Origin: Enoplolaimus lenunculus
Taxonomy: Eukaryota
DNA: 64,000 nt
Assembly: GCA_030248215.1 (NCBI GenBank)
Contig: JASANG010001737.1
Span: forward strand, 310,001-374,000
Direction of reading: 5' to 3'
A program made the position numbers and the translations under genes. The number at the start of each line of letters is the position of its first letter. Positions within the stretch are counted from its first letter, which is position 1. Below the pieces are notes generated by a model, which did not search any database, was not told the DNA's origin, and saw only the letters and a program-made list of their open reading frames with translations. This document shows positions 26,939 to 40,937 of this stretch, piece by piece.

Positions 26939-28304
26939 TCACAGTTCACTTTCGCAATACTGAGTCTTGTGAGGCCCGCTGTATGCTTGACATACCGCCG
27001 CCTTTAAGGATCTTCTTGTCCCATCTATGCTCCGTATCCCACCAATAGTTACCCACGGAATCCACGTTAGTCCTGGTGCAAGCCTATGGGTAGCTTGCCC
27101 ATCCAGAGTATGGAGTATGACCCCCTGAGGACCATAAGCACACTCTTTCAAGTAGTCAAAGTCGAGTTTAGCTTCTTGTATTCGTTTCATGAGGCGTGGA
27201 TCGGTAATTGTAAGCAACAACAAGTTGTTTAAGAGTTGAACTTGTTCCGTTCGGGTTCGATTTCCAACGGTCCGTTGAACGCAAAGCAAGAATTGATTCA
27301 TGATACATTCGGACTCGCCGTGTTGACAGATGATATCTGCACCTGGAATGAAAATTAAAAAAATTATAATTGATTTCAGTGCCATTTAAGGCACAATTCA
27401 CGCTCGAAAGTGGAAGTGGCGTAGCCGTCACGAAGATGGTTGATTGAAGATGCTATGGCTTTGACCAAGGTTTTTTAAAAATTTGATTATAATTAATCAA
27501 TTAATATTGGTGGAGAAAAATTGATGTTACAGCTATAAGGTTTTGCTGCAAAAACTTGGACGTGTGAACGAGGTTTTATATAATTAAAGTTAGATACATT
27601 TATGAAAGTGGCGTAGTTGACTGAAAGAGGATTAATTAAAGATGAGCTATGGCCGCAAGCAAAGTTTCAAAAAAAATAGTTTCTGTTATAATAAATAAAA
27701 ATCTTAGCTAGAGAAAAATAGACGTATGCACATTACTCACAAATGTACATATATTCAATAATATTCTATGCTGTGGCCGGCCCAAAGATCAGCGGCGGAA
27801 CGTTTTTCTGGGGGACAAGAAAAGAGTAAGCTTTAAGCTTTATAGATTAATTTTTTGCTTGGCTTAGGTTTAGGCTTAAGAATATGCTCATACTTATGCT
27901 TAGGTTAAGGCTTACGCTTAGGCTTAGGCTTAGGAATATGCTTATATAGTGTTTCGTGCCTGTTCTTAACGTTGACCCTGTGGCCGCTGCTAATGCGGTT
28001 TGATCAGTAAACCTGTAGATTGTTTTTGATGTAAAACTGTCAGCTTATACTGCTTACTATCAGGCACTAAATAAGCTTTGCCGAATATATACAACCGTAG
28101 ATCAATAATATCTTCAAGAGAATTTATTGCCGGAACGAGTTGCGTTCGAAAAAATTGTTTTGTATCCGGACACAGCGCTTCCATAAACACGTCAACTCTA
28201 ACTTTGGCCTGTGGTTTGGTTCTGGCTTCAACGGATGCTGGTTCAATTTCGGCAATGCTGCATGATATAGCCGCAAATACTATGACTAGATATAACATTA
28301 GCAT
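26939..28304 (-). CDS. IFI30: GILT-like thiol reductase, copy 2
   Basis: Exon 1 is 28304-28058 (signal peptide-like MLMLYLVIVFAAISCSIA, VDVFMEALCPDT, FGKA; donor A|gtaagc). Exon 2 is 27342-26939 (ttccag|), with CQHGESECIMNQFLLC and WIPWVTIG. The intron phase and approximate position match copy 1. Confidence 0.9.
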
Positions 28305-30503
28305 TATGTAGTTGTTTTTAAAACTTGGAATTTAAATTTAATTAACGTTTTGAATACTCACCGGTCGTAGCCAAGAGAGTATGGGGTTAATAACCCAAAA
28401 AGAAATTCAGCCCCCCTCGCCTTTTTGTCCTTTTTTACAGGTTTTTCAGGCTGATGGCTCTCTACGTACACTGCAACAAAACGGTAATACTCCAGATTTA
28501 AGCTCTCTAACACTCGCGGCGAGGGTATATATTATGTTTGATTCATCAACAGTCAAACTTTACTCTGTCATGATCATATGATCCAAATTTAAATTTCATT
28601 TCAGTTCTTACTGAAATTCTATTCAGGTACCAGTAGACCCCATCTATATATGAAAGTCGAAAACTCGCACCTGCAAATTGCAAGTGCTAGTTTTTGCATC
28701 TAAAATATGCAGCTGCAACTTCCACGTATATCTTGCAGTTACAAGTAGCATTTCCAAGTTCTTTCTGTCAAACATTTGCACATGAAAATATCCTAAGTTT
28801 AATTCTCGCAAAATAAACATGACTTTGACATAGCTGATTTCTAATTAAACTGTGCAAATATGTAAGCCAGCGCGGTCGCTCTTGGTAGAAATATTTGTTT
28901 GCAGTAAACGCTACAAACCTTCTTGGGAACTGAGCAAGACTGACTCTGAAATATACTACCCTCCGTTTATATCCTGGCTTAATAAAAAATGGAGAAACAT
29001 TCTTGGCGAACGATTCCGTGTTATCCGGATGCCGGGCTATCCGCTATACCGATCATAAAAAATATCCGATGACTGTTTTAAATATTTATTTCGACCATAG
29101 ATAAGCGAATACAACTTATGTATAAATCTTTTCATAACATTGTAACCATGATTGACCGAACTGAATAACAATTTCATCTGGAGTCTGCCGAAAAGATATT
29201 ATTGGGATTAAAGGATTAAAGGTTTAATTAGGCACGAAGTCAGATAGTGGCGGATTCAGAAATTTCTTACGGGGAAGGCTATATATGTATATATTATATA
29301 TTTATTTATTTATTTGTATATACTTATATATAATACATAATATTATATTTGTGTTGGGGAATCCATGACCTAAAAGGATCCCCTTGTATCCGTCGCCAGG
29401 GATCAAAGTTTAAATCTTGATTTCGTATATGATGTGGTAGAGAACGTAGGGTATATATTTGGATCCGTAGCCAGTCGGGGCGAAGGGCTCAGCCAGCGCT
29501 CCTAGAAATTTCGCTCTCCCTAGAAAATTTTCATCATAGCTTATAACTCATCTGATATCCTTGTATGCCTCTCCTGAAAATTTGTAATTATCCATCATAG
29601 ATGAGCTGGCAATATGCCTGAGGGTATTCTTGAAAGACGCTTGAAGTTATTGTCAAGATGGGTTTCAACTGAGGCTTGCATTTATTCGCTAATACCTTTA
29701 ATTAAGATTCTATTTGCAATAAAGGAACAGCAGACAACGAAAATTCTATATATACATAGGGTTGACGCCAGCGGTCAAGACTGCAATTCATGCATTATAG
29801 GGTTTGCGGGATATTAAAATAGACTTATTACCTGCTTTCTAACCACAACGACACGATTTTGCGTTAAATGCATATTAAAAACGAATCAGCTTAATACTGA
29901 ACCATTTTTAGTGTAATGCTAAAACAAGAAAATTCTAACACATCAACATGGGTGAATTATGTTGTATCCTACGAGAGTAACAGCGCCTCTTTAGGCTAGC
30001 AACTAGGAATTCTGAATAGTGTAGAGTACGGTGCTGTCGGCCACCGTCCGTCACCCGTACGGCGCCATCCGTGACCATACGTTATCGTACGTGAGTTATT
30101 TGCATAAGTACGATACCGCACGGTGACGGACGGCGCCGCACGTCAAAAAAAGTATCGCAACTGTAACATTTTCTTCAGGGACAAGGAAAATTTTCCTATC
30201 ATACAGTTCTATATGCAGCTGGCAAAATTATATGCCAGATGGGGCGGAAATGCTCGTAGGGCTAGGAGCGGCGCTGTCTGCACTCCGTCAACCTGGACCC
30301 TCGTGAGTTGCGGGTGTGAGTTTACTCATGACCGAACGGAAAAAAAGAAAATTCAGCTGAATATATAAACCATATTTAAATGTATATTTCAAAACAACAG
30401 TAGTGGATATTGGGTAATTGTTTTACGAATGAAAAAATATACTACGAAGAACAATGGATTATAAAAAATTCGGTTTTACGATAGGTACTTAGTGTGGTTG
30501 TTC

Positions 30504-30704
30504 GACCCATTTTACTTTAAGGGGCGTCCACGTTTCTGATGGGTCCATAAAAAGGGTAGGTTTAGATTCTAGATTACATTTTTTGCTTAGGCTTAGGCTT
30601 AGGCTTAGGCTTAGAAACACATTTTTGCAACGCTTAGGCTTACGCTTCGGCTTAGGAATACGCTTAGTCCACTGTTAGTTACGCCCCTTAAGTTAACATT
30701 GGAC
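30504..30704. mobile_element. TTAGGC-bearing MITE, subfamily 1
   Basis: Family TIRs; 8-bp TSD ggttgttc/ggttggtc; (TTAGGC)4. Confidence 0.85.
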
Positions 30705-31854
30705 GGTTGGTCTATAACGGGTGACGCCACTACAGACACCGTCGACCGAGTAAAAGGTGCATCTATCCTTAGTAAGAAGTCCACCTGTGTCCCATGTGAA
30801 ACTTGAAAAATCTGGTGTAAGGATCGCATTCAAATGATAAATACCTGAAACGGTGTAATTAGCTGTTTTCTGGACAGTGTGTTTAGATCTGTGTTGTCGA
30901 TATATATATGGGTTCTTTTTAGGAATCCGTTTGTACCTGGGCTTAATGGTTTACTAAAAGTTCAGTTAGTGATTTACGTTATCGTTTACAACCTGTTCTG
31001 AAAATTATGCTACGTAACTCGCTCATCTGACCCGCACACAGTGTGCTTTTCCAGCTAATTAGTTGAAATATTCAGCGAGATTCAACACACGTTCAAAAAT
31101 GTTACGCTGTCGGAGAATGTTGATGTTTGAAACACGCTATGCTAACTTTAAAATATCAAAATACAGTGTCCGTTTCCGACGGGAAATCGTGGATGCAACA
31201 CTGTGCTCACGGGTTGACGCGAAATGTTTTCAAGCCGATGGGAAATATCAGGTATGCCACAGCCGCTGTGGCGGATATTTTAATGAGGTTTATTTAGCAG
31301 GCGGTTTTATTTCAAATCAAGATTTTAGTTTTGTTTGTAGATTTGAAATTATATATAAATTTAAAGTGAAAACCAATTTGATTGGCTAAAATAAATCAAC
31401 AAATCCTAAAATCTGTGCTATTTTGGGCTTTTAGTTGAAAGGTAATTAACGCGACTTGGGGGATGTGCTGTATATCAAGTGCAGTGACCCGAATATAAGG
31501 TGGTCCTTGTTTTGGTCCCAATCAACAGGAGTCTGTATCATTAATTTGGGATCCGTTAGTGGATAGAGCCCATTATTTCGAATTCGAGTTCATGAAAAAT
31601 GCGGCCATGTCAGTAATATATACAAGAATTTTTTCAGCTTTGAAGTGAATGAATACTTAGTTGTTTTTGAAATTGTCTCAGCAAACTACCATCAATTACC
31701 AGTTAGTAATAAGCATTCAAATCCGCCGAATTTCGGCGCTCACGATTCAAGCATTTGACACAGCTACAGACAAGGTTTTTTACACTCAAACGGTGTTTTA
31801 AGTAAATAGACGTTGACTCATTGGTTCGAAAACCACACCACCTGATAGTGCTAG

Positions 31855-32050
31855 GGCCAATGCTACTTTAAAGGGCGTAACAATAGATTAAGCGGATTCC
31901 TAAGCCTAAGCCTAAGCATAAGCGTTGCGAAAATGTGTTCCCAATCATAAGCCTAAGCCTAAGCCTCATCAAAAAATGTAATATGGAATCTAAACCTACT
32001 CTTTTATGGGCCCACCAGAAACCTGGACGTCCGTTATAGTAACATGGGAC
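31855..32050. mobile_element. TTAGGC-bearing MITE, subfamily 1, reverse orientation
   Basis: Family TIRs; TSD agtgctag/cctgctag; GCCTAA repeats. Confidence 0.8.
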
Positions 32051-32723
32051 CCTGCTAGTATATGGCGTTATATAACACAAGGTCAGGGCTCAAAAAGAAC
32101 ATTTTTGTAAAAATATATTTCATTTATTTGATTATAGTTTACAACTTAAAACATTTTAGATACAAAACTAACTTATATAACTCAACAGCCATATGTTTCG
32201 TCATAAAATGTGCAAGAAATGTCCTGCTGGCTGCAGCCTTCGAAGCCTGCTTGCCTCAGTATATTTGGTCTCCTACGAAAAAATTTTGGGCATTCATGAA
32301 ACACTTTTAAAAACGGTTTTTGAAACAAAATCAAAATTCAAATATGTAGGATGTTGTCATGCTTACTTTGAGAGGCGTAAGTACCGTTTTTCCGCGTACT
32401 ACCCTTAGCTAAAGCTTTAGATTAATTCTCTGGTTAGGCTATAAGTTTTAGGGTTACCACTAGGTTTAAACATAGGCTTGCGCCGAGGCTTAGGGTTAGG
32501 CCTATGCTTAGGAATATGCTTATGGTACTGTTTATTGTTATGCTTCTTAAAGTAACATTGGCCCTATTTTCATGCGCTGTTGTTTTTGTAAAAAAATTTT
32601 GGGGTTGCATAACAGCCGCAAATTTATATTTTTTTCGGAAAATATAAAGCTGACAATACGCCAACCGTGTCAGGCGACATTTTGCTTCACCAAGTCCGCC
32701 CGTACTGTGCAATAGCGTAGGCC

Positions 32724-33294
32724 TCAGAACGCAATACCAGGTCCGTAGTCAGTTTGACAAATTTCCGATTCACGTTCCGCTTTTCGACCTCGAGCATCAA
32801 TCACCAACAACTTATACATCCGGCGCACCAAAGAAACGCTACAAGCCATAAGGCACAAATAGACCCCCGCTATAATTACTTGGGCTATTATCACAGCGTA
32901 TACCCTGTAATCTGTCAGAACTCCGCTCCCTATCCCAGGGAACGCTTCTAAATGTGCTCGAGTGTAGAAAAAATACATTTCGTCAATATGCAAACATGCA
33001 AGGGTACCCAAGATTACAGTGAAAACGTCAAATATTGCATTTATTGCAAACGATACAGTATAAATTGCAAATAGACGCGCTGCGTTAATATTCAGGGCGT
33101 GCAGTCCAACAATTGCAAGTATTAATCGGGCAGAGTTTGCAGCCAAATCGTCAAAAGTTGCGTAGACTTGTAGTGTTCGGGTGGGCAGATCACAGAACAC
33201 AAGCGAGGCGTGAGCTAATCGGAGGACAGCGAATGATAATTGAAGCACCATGTACAACTGGAATCCGGTTTGAAGTGATAGTAGGGAACAGCAA
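32724..33294 (-). CDS. Terminal exon of a small multi-pass (about 4 TM) membrane protein of unknown function
   Basis: A strong acceptor (ttttcag at 33295) opens the frame CCSLLSLQTGFQLYMVLQLSFAVLRLAHA..., which has four hydrophobic stretches and stops at 32724. Candidate upstream exons 34118-34039 and 33947-33887 have good splice sites, but their join to the last exon was not resolved. Confidence 0.65.
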
Positions 33295-35067
33295 CTGAAA
33301 ATTTAAAAAATTTACACTCCGGGCCCGTAAACAAGGGGGGTTAGGGAGATCAGCCCCCTGGAAAAATTCCCTCTACAAAATTTGAAATCTTGCTTGCAAG
33401 TTAACGAAAACACTTAAATGCCCTTCTTAGACAAATTTTAGTCATTCCTAACAAGGTGAGCTGGCTACGGTCCTGTTACAGTCGCGAAAAAATTAGTTTT
33501 AAACTCAAAAATGAAATTTTCACTTGGTTCAAAATGGTTATATACATGAGATATATCATGGAAAACAACCTATACGAATTGGGTTTGCTTTGCTTCTAGT
33601 GCGTCCTTGCCCTGTTCGAATATCAAAATTTTAATCAATTTTTTTAATTTGAATAGCGATTAAATTTATTTCGAAACGTTTTTTCTAATTGGAGTTGTGA
33701 CACAAAATTCGAAACAATCATTAACGGCTTTGTACTATAGACCGGCGCCGCTACCATTCCTAATAACTGCGAATCGAAACAAAAAGTATGGACTTTGAGA
33801 ATGTTGTTTTTAGATAAGATAGTGTAATAAAATGTTGAAATATTTCTATTTATAATTTTTGCTTGGCTAAGGTTTCCTTAATTTACCTTTGGTTTCGGAT
33901 GCAGAGCTTGGCAGTTCTGGCGGCTCTGCCCCGCGGCAGTCCTGGTTCTGCATGAAAAAAACACGTAATTTTAAAGCAGTTAAAAATATACCCCTTTTTT
34001 AGTCAGACGACACTGTCGAAGATTAATGTATCGCTTACCTCCGGTTCCGTTTTTGAAGGCACATTGATCCCGTGGAGCTAATAGTTGACGAATCGTCGTT
34101 TCCCATTCCGGTCCTCATTTTTGTTTTCGAACGAAAATTAGTTTTGAAGCTTTTCAAAGCTACATTTTAATTATTAAATTAAATGTTATGCCCAATAGTT
34201 GCAGTAAAAACTAAAAATTATATACATACATATATATAAATATAATATATAAATATAATATATAAATATAATATATATATAGAAACAAACAACACACTGA
34301 TTCTATAACCTGTGCGTGAGTGTCTATATTCTCAAATGCTTGTAGCAGTATACCCAGTTAATAACGATAAGTCACGGAACTTTCGAACCAGTAAATATTA
34401 AATTTCCAAATTTGGCGTGTTCGAGCTTCATTCGACCTACCACAATAGTTTTACATCAACCTCTGTCTACAATTTGCTTGTTTACAACTCTTACCACAAG
34501 CACCTATTAGCTGCTAATACGCTCAGCTGAGAATACAGTTCACGATTCTTAATTTATCAAAATTTAAAGCTCAAAATGCCTCAATATTATTTTCTCGTTG
34601 CAATCGTTTAAATAAATCTCTAAAACCCGGCCAAGTAATAAAAGAGCAACAGATGATTTTACCTTCATTTCGCGATTAAAATTTATTGAAGAGATCTTCT
34701 TACGATGTTGTATATACTCGAAAGCGAAGCTTTGCATTTGTCTGTTTTGCTTTTCGAGTTTTCCATTAAAAATTACCGCACGAACGGCATAATTTCTCGC
34801 ACGCAGTGAAATAAGCATCGTGTGTCACGCGTCTGTCTCTGTGGCTTTCGCTAGTTACAAAACTGTAAAAAATCTAATCTTGTAGGCAAAAATCGTATCA
34901 TTTAAATTGTAACCCATTCCACCGTGAATATTTTCAATTTCAGTTGACATCTAAATTGAAGTTTGAAATTGAACCCAAACTCTCAGTATTCCATTTCGGG
35001 GTTTGGCATAACATCATTCAAACGCTCGTTTGCAATCTTTTTGTGCTATAGGGTGCTGCAGCATTGT

Positions 35068-35070
<3 letters not shown>

Positions 35071-35155
<85 letters not shown>
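35071..35155. repeat. (AT)n microsatellite
   Basis: Direct reading. Confidence 0.97.
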
Positions 35156-35157
<2 letters not shown>

Positions 35158-37039
35158 TATAGATATATATATTGCTAAAACAACGTCGTTCCAATAAGTA
35201 AATATTTTACTGCACAAACTAGCGCTTCTTTAGTAATTCTGTATTAATTGTAAAAAATTGCTAATTGAAATGATTAAGAAACTGTGACAACGTACGCCTT
35301 TTTTTCAAAAAATATATAAACTTTGAATGATTTACTTTGCTTGAGCTCTTGTATACTTTTTAAACGACTATACATTTACGTCTTGAAAATTTCAGATGTT
35401 GAATTAAACATTTCTATACGCTAAGGTTGCGGGCTGCTGTTGGTACAGTGATATTTTTTTCGGCATTTCTTTAATGCTTTTCTCAATATCCTTTTGTCAA
35501 TGGAAACTAGTCTACCATCGAATTTAGCGGTAGGACAAGTTGCTTTGAACATATTTTCAGTAATAATAACTGTTTGTTTGATTAATCATAGGGACACGGT
35601 AGTGTCACTATTATATGTTTCTTCCAAAAGTGTTCACGTCTCTCTTATGTTTCTTTCAAAAGTCTATTATTTCTACTATTCTGTTTTGGTGGTATTTATA
35701 TACAAAGTATGTCATTCAAGATCATGGCAACCGGTGTTCATGCGCTATATTTAAATAAAAAATTGTCGAAGTATTAAACGTAAACTTTTTCATAAGAATC
35801 GGAAGCGCAAAGTTTCGCCTTCGTATTTGGATTCAAATCTTGTCGCAAGGTGTTCTACAGAATCGTAGATTGTAACAATCCAATTTTTTATGTGCTACAT
35901 AAGTTTTCTCAACCATATACGTTAAGCTATTTGTTTAACGAAAATACTATTGTTTAGTAAGTATATATGCGAAACATGTTAAGTGGACAATTACGAAAAA
36001 CATTAGCTTATATATGATTACAAATTAGTAACATAGCTAGTTTTATGTGTATTTTTTTGCCAAGGCGCGTTTTTGAAAACGTAGACGTAACCTCAAGTTG
36101 TCGAAAAATGTTTATTTTCTATCTAGAACCTTATGGCTGCAAAGCTTTCCATTCAAAGTGGTAAACCCATAAAGTATGTATTATTGGTAGCACCAAGTTG
36201 AGCACTGAAATGTCCAAAACTCGGTTTAGAATATTTGAAGAAATTTTGACGTGCAAAATTAACACCATTAATTTAATAAGGTTCCCAAAGCAAGCAGCCT
36301 CTTTCAAAAACGTGACACTCGAACACAGCGGGCTCTCATTATGGTATGAACCGGCCCGGATTTTTAGGCCCACGCCCGGCCGCTTTAGTGTTTCGTTTTC
36401 GAAAAGAAAACAAGAATAAGTTACAAAGCAAACCTTATAGTTGCGGATTCGCAGTTTTGACCGGGGATGGAATTTCATTAGAATTTCTTGTACAATTAAG
36501 AGGAAACGAACAAAAGTGTGTTTCAAGCAATTTTCCACGTCCGCATGTTGATGCAAATGCGTATTCAGCATGTTTCACAAAATATTTGTTGCAGCTATAT
36601 TTTTAAATGCTGCGCATTCCAATTATATGTTTAACGCAATTCATGTGTGCAATACAAAATTGAAAGTATCGGAATCAGTATTCTTCCAAAATACCGATTA
36701 CAATACCGATACCGATGTATAGGTTCTACACTACTATGCAGCATAAAATCAGTTTTTACTAGAGCAAGTACTTATCAATTGTATTGATTTTCTATTTGAA
36801 TTCAAACAATTTATATGAATTAAAATATATTAGCATTATAAATTGAGCGAGTTACCTAATAAATAAAAATGAAATTTGGAAAGCGCGACTTTTGTGATTG
36901 TGAAAATGTAGTTTTTAATTTTCATGGAAATATAGATTAACAGTTCTAAAACAACTATAACGTGAGTATATATGACTTTAAATTTGAATATTTTCGCACT
37001 TAAGGTAAATTTACATCAAATTTCTTCCTAAAGCTTAGT

Positions 37040-38226
37040 AACTAGAATGAAAAGTGCCCCGATGTGGCCATAGAAAACGATATGTTTCAGGTAGTAAGAT
37101 TTTAGTTCAATACCGCTAGTATTACAATTTCCATGCATGCGTATAAAGTTTTAAAACTAGATTAATTTGATGCCAATCAGCGTCCTCCCGAAACACGACA
37201 CAACAATACTATAGAATTAATAAAAGTTAAATCATTGAGTTTGATTGACTGCGTAACGGAAACATATCCGCAACTTTTTCGGAGGAAAAGTCACAATAGA
37301 CAGTAAAGTGTCCCGACGAGGCTATAGAAAACGATAACGCATCAGTTTTGGAGCTGTATAAATTTTGTACCGTACAGTGCCCTCTCCATACTTGGCTAAA
37401 CGGTACCCAGATTTTAAACGTTTAAAACATTAAAATATTTGAGTGAGTACGTAACGAAACAATATTTGCAAGTTTGCTGACGAAATCTGCGTTGTATTCC
37501 AATGACGGCCAATGTAAAGATCAGGGGCGGAACGTTTTTCTGCGGGACTAGAATAGAATAAGCTTAAGGTTTAGATTAATTTTTTGCTTGGCTTAGGCTT
37601 AGGATTATGCTCATTCTTACGCTTAATAGGATTAGGCTTAGGAATATGCTCATGCTAACGCTTATGCTTAGGCTTAGGATTAGGAATATGCTTATAATAC
37701 TGATCCGCTCATGTTCTTTACATTGGGCCAATTGACGAACAAACACGTTTTTAATATTGGGTCACCAGCATTTTACGCTTAATTTCTACTTATATACTCT
37801 TTTTAAAACCCAAAAATTTTTCTGCACATATTCGAAACTTCAGTTTACTAAGTGCAAGAAACTAACGTCACGAGTGTGTACTCAAATTTTTTACATCAAC
37901 CATAATTCGTCATTTATATTCTAGTATTTACTTCTTGTTTTAATATTTCGAAACAGTGGATCACATGTCTATTTGGCCGCTGTCAGAGAAAGTTGCGGAT
38001 ATGTTTCCGTTACGCAGTCAATCAAACTCAATGATTTAACTTTTATTAATTCTATAGTATTGTTGTGTCGTGTTTCGGGAGGACGCTGATTGGCATCAAA
38101 TTAATCTAGTTTTAAAACTTTATACGCATGCATGGAAATTGTAATACTAGCGGTATTGAACTAAAATCTTACTACCTGAAACATATCGTTTTCTATGGCC
38201 ACATCGGGGCACTTTTCATTCTAGTT
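37040..38226. repeat. Apparently perfect 238-bp inverted repeat (37040-37277 / 37989-38226)
   Basis: aactagaatgaaaagtgccccgatg...catatccgcaacttt reappears as its reverse complement after a ~710-bp spacer. Confidence 0.9.
37507..37729. mobile_element. TTAGGC-bearing MITE, subfamily 2
   Basis: ggccaatgtaaagatcaggggcgga ... tgttctttacattgggcc with a TTAGGC/TTAGGA array. Confidence 0.8.
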
Positions 38227-38579
38227 CACAAAAAAAAAAAGAACATATACTAAAAGGAATATAGCAGAATGCATTCCACCAAAATTTTAACGGCTGACAA
38301 GAAAACGGACCTTCCACGAGTTTTAATAGAATAGCTACAAGATCCTAGAGGTAACAGGCGAGTTCTTGTATACTTCCCATGTATTAATTCTTAGGTTTAG
38401 GGGCCGGTCGCGTTACTTCGCAAAATATTTTCCACATTTGGTTAGTTATGCCGTCCCAAAATGAAATCCTGGTCGCGCCTTTCTTCGTGGGCTGGTTTTA
38501 CCCCACAGGCCCACAATATGCTGAATCGATACTGCATATGGGTTCTTCTTTTTAGACTATTAAAATCGTTCGTCATATC

Positions 38580-39271
38580 GGCCCATTTCCAGATCAGGGG
38601 CAGGCCGTTTTTCCGCGGGACTGCAATAGAGTAAGCTTAAACTTTATGCCATCATTTACTTAGACTTGGCTTAAGTGTAGGCTTAGCCGTACGCTTAGAC
38701 TTTAGCTTAAGCTTATGCTTAGGCTTTTGCGGAGTTGACGTTAAAACTAGAGAATCGTGGAACACTATTTGCCGCCTATCAAAATATTGGGTAACATTTT
38801 GTCTGGATTTTAACCGTATATCACATTCCAACAACCGCACTTGTCTGCCAGGCTTAGGCGTATGCTTTTACTACACTGCAAAAAATAGTGAGTCAAATTG
38901 ACTCTCTCCGAAATAGGCTTTTCCGGACTCACAAACTGAGTCAAAATTCGACTCCGCCAGAGTCAAATTTGACTCACTGAGCGACTCATTAAGTCGAGTT
39001 TGACTCCGGCGGAGTCAAATTTTGACTCAGTTTGTGTAGTCCGGAAAAGCCTATTTCGGACCGAGTCAATTTTACTCACCATTTTTTGAAATTTTGACTC
39101 AGTTTGTGTAGTCCGGAAAAGCCTATTTCGGACGGAGTCAATTTTACTCACCATTTTTTGAAATTTTGACTCAGTTTGTGTAGTCCGGAAAAGCCTATTT
39201 CGGAGGGAGTCAATTTAACTCACCATTTTTTGCAGTGTACTGTAATACGGCCCTGTTCTTTACGTTTAGCC
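38580..39271. mobile_element. TTAGGC-bearing MITE, subfamily 2, interrupted by a CACTG element
   Basis: Left end ggcccatttccagatcaggggc and right end ggccctgttctttacgtttagcc; nested element at 38874-39237. Confidence 0.65.
38874..39237. mobile_element. CACTG-ended element (CMC/EnSpm-like ends, TA flanks) with an internal ~69-bp triplication
   Basis: ta|cactgcaaaaaatagtgagtcaaattgactc ... gagtcaatttaactcaccattttttgcagtg|ta; long palindromic arms rich in GAGTC/GACTC. Confidence 0.85.
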
Positions 39272-40937
39272 GTTACCATTCAATGTCTTGAGTGCTGCAC
39301 ATTAAAATTGCCAGGTCACAAATGTTGTTCAACATACGTCGTCTCGGTCGTATAGGACCACATCTGGAATTGTGCGAATTTTTGAAATCGGAAAAAAAAC
39401 GATATTTTTGTTTTGTGCCCAGCCGGTATAAGATTACAAAACATCAGATACACAGAAAGAGCGAGAGAGAGAGAGAGAGAGAATGGAGCGCAGAAGTTGG
39501 TTTGCCCAGGAATAACAGGGTTTTTGTGGATTTCAAAACCGCAACGGTGTCAAAAGCCAAATGATATACGACGCCGGCGGCATTAAAACCGTGATTGTGT
39601 TTTTTTCTACTTCCCTTCAAGTCATACAAGGAAAATACATTATTAACTTTGTCGACGATTTTATGGTTTGGTATTATTTTTTGATCAAAAATGTTTCAAT
39701 GCCGGCGATGGCGAGTAACAAAAGCAACGAATTGTTTTCGTAAAATTTGGTCTGTTTCAATTTCAAAAGAATATTCTAGAATGAAGATACTGTAATTGAT
39801 TGGTTTAAAGCTTTGAGCGTCCGCTCAGGCCCGTAGACAGCTAACATTGCTGGGGGGGTGGCTAAAAATTTTCCAGGAGGGGTATTCAATGGTTTTCAAT
39901 GGGTCACAAACAAGGTTGAAAATTCTCTAGGGAGGGCCAAAATTTTTCCAGGGGGGACTGAGGGCCTGCCCTTAGCTACGGGCCCGCATCCGCTGTCTGG
40001 TTCCGGTTAAGAATACTGTTACTTTTAAGTTCCGGGCTTCCTGGTGATCAATGAGACGACAACTAAGTGGTGTCTTAATGGGCGGACAAGTCATATAGAA
40101 AAACTAGGCAGGCTGTAAACGGATAGTAAAAATAACGTAAACGGAAAACAACGGATATTGAAGTATAAAAGTTTCGGCCAATGTTTAGCGCAGGGGCTTC
40201 TCGTTGTGCAAGGTTCAAAACTTATAGTATTTCTTCAAATTGCCGGACGGTTTTCGACACAAAAGTGCCTGAATTCTATACGTTTTAAATTTTCCACTTT
40301 TTCCGTTTTCCAATCAAACTTTACATTACATCCTGGCTTACGAATTTTTCACTTTTACAGTTTTCCCATCCAAACATTTATGCTTATGTTTTTTCCACCC
40401 AAACCAGCTCAGTTCCATGCCGTGAAACAGGAGTGGCTGCGTCGTGCTGCTGGTCATAAGTTTTCCAATTTGAAAATCGGAAATCCTCTGGGGTTCACAT
40501 GAGCTAAAGTTTCAAAAATGTTATTTTTTAGTGGAAAAAATGGCGAATCTATGGAAATTTTTACGATTTTGGATGAATTTCGTAATTTTAATTTTATTTC
40601 AAACAATTGAAGCATATCTATAACAAAGAACTAGAAGTTATACACATGAGTAATAACTAATTTTGAACGTAAAAATACCACAATTTCCGTTATATCAAGA
40701 ACGGAAACGAAACGGACATCGATTTTTTTCAAAATGGAAACGGAAACAGATATCCGGTTACACCCTGAAACAATGCTATTTCCTAGCGACCGGGAGGTGA
40801 ATAGGAGCCCTCAATTTTGCTACCCCTAAATCTGTAATTGTTCCTACTGCTATGTGTTTTACACATAAACATTTTACTCGTACAATTCAATATCTGTTGT
40901 TACAAAGTTTCAGCGCCAGCGTGTCATATTTATTTTA

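Noticed and set aside
39020..39230. CRISPR-like regular repeats (also 50628-50856)
   Set aside because: The units are contiguous tandem duplications with no unique spacers, there are no cas genes, and the context is eukaryotic.
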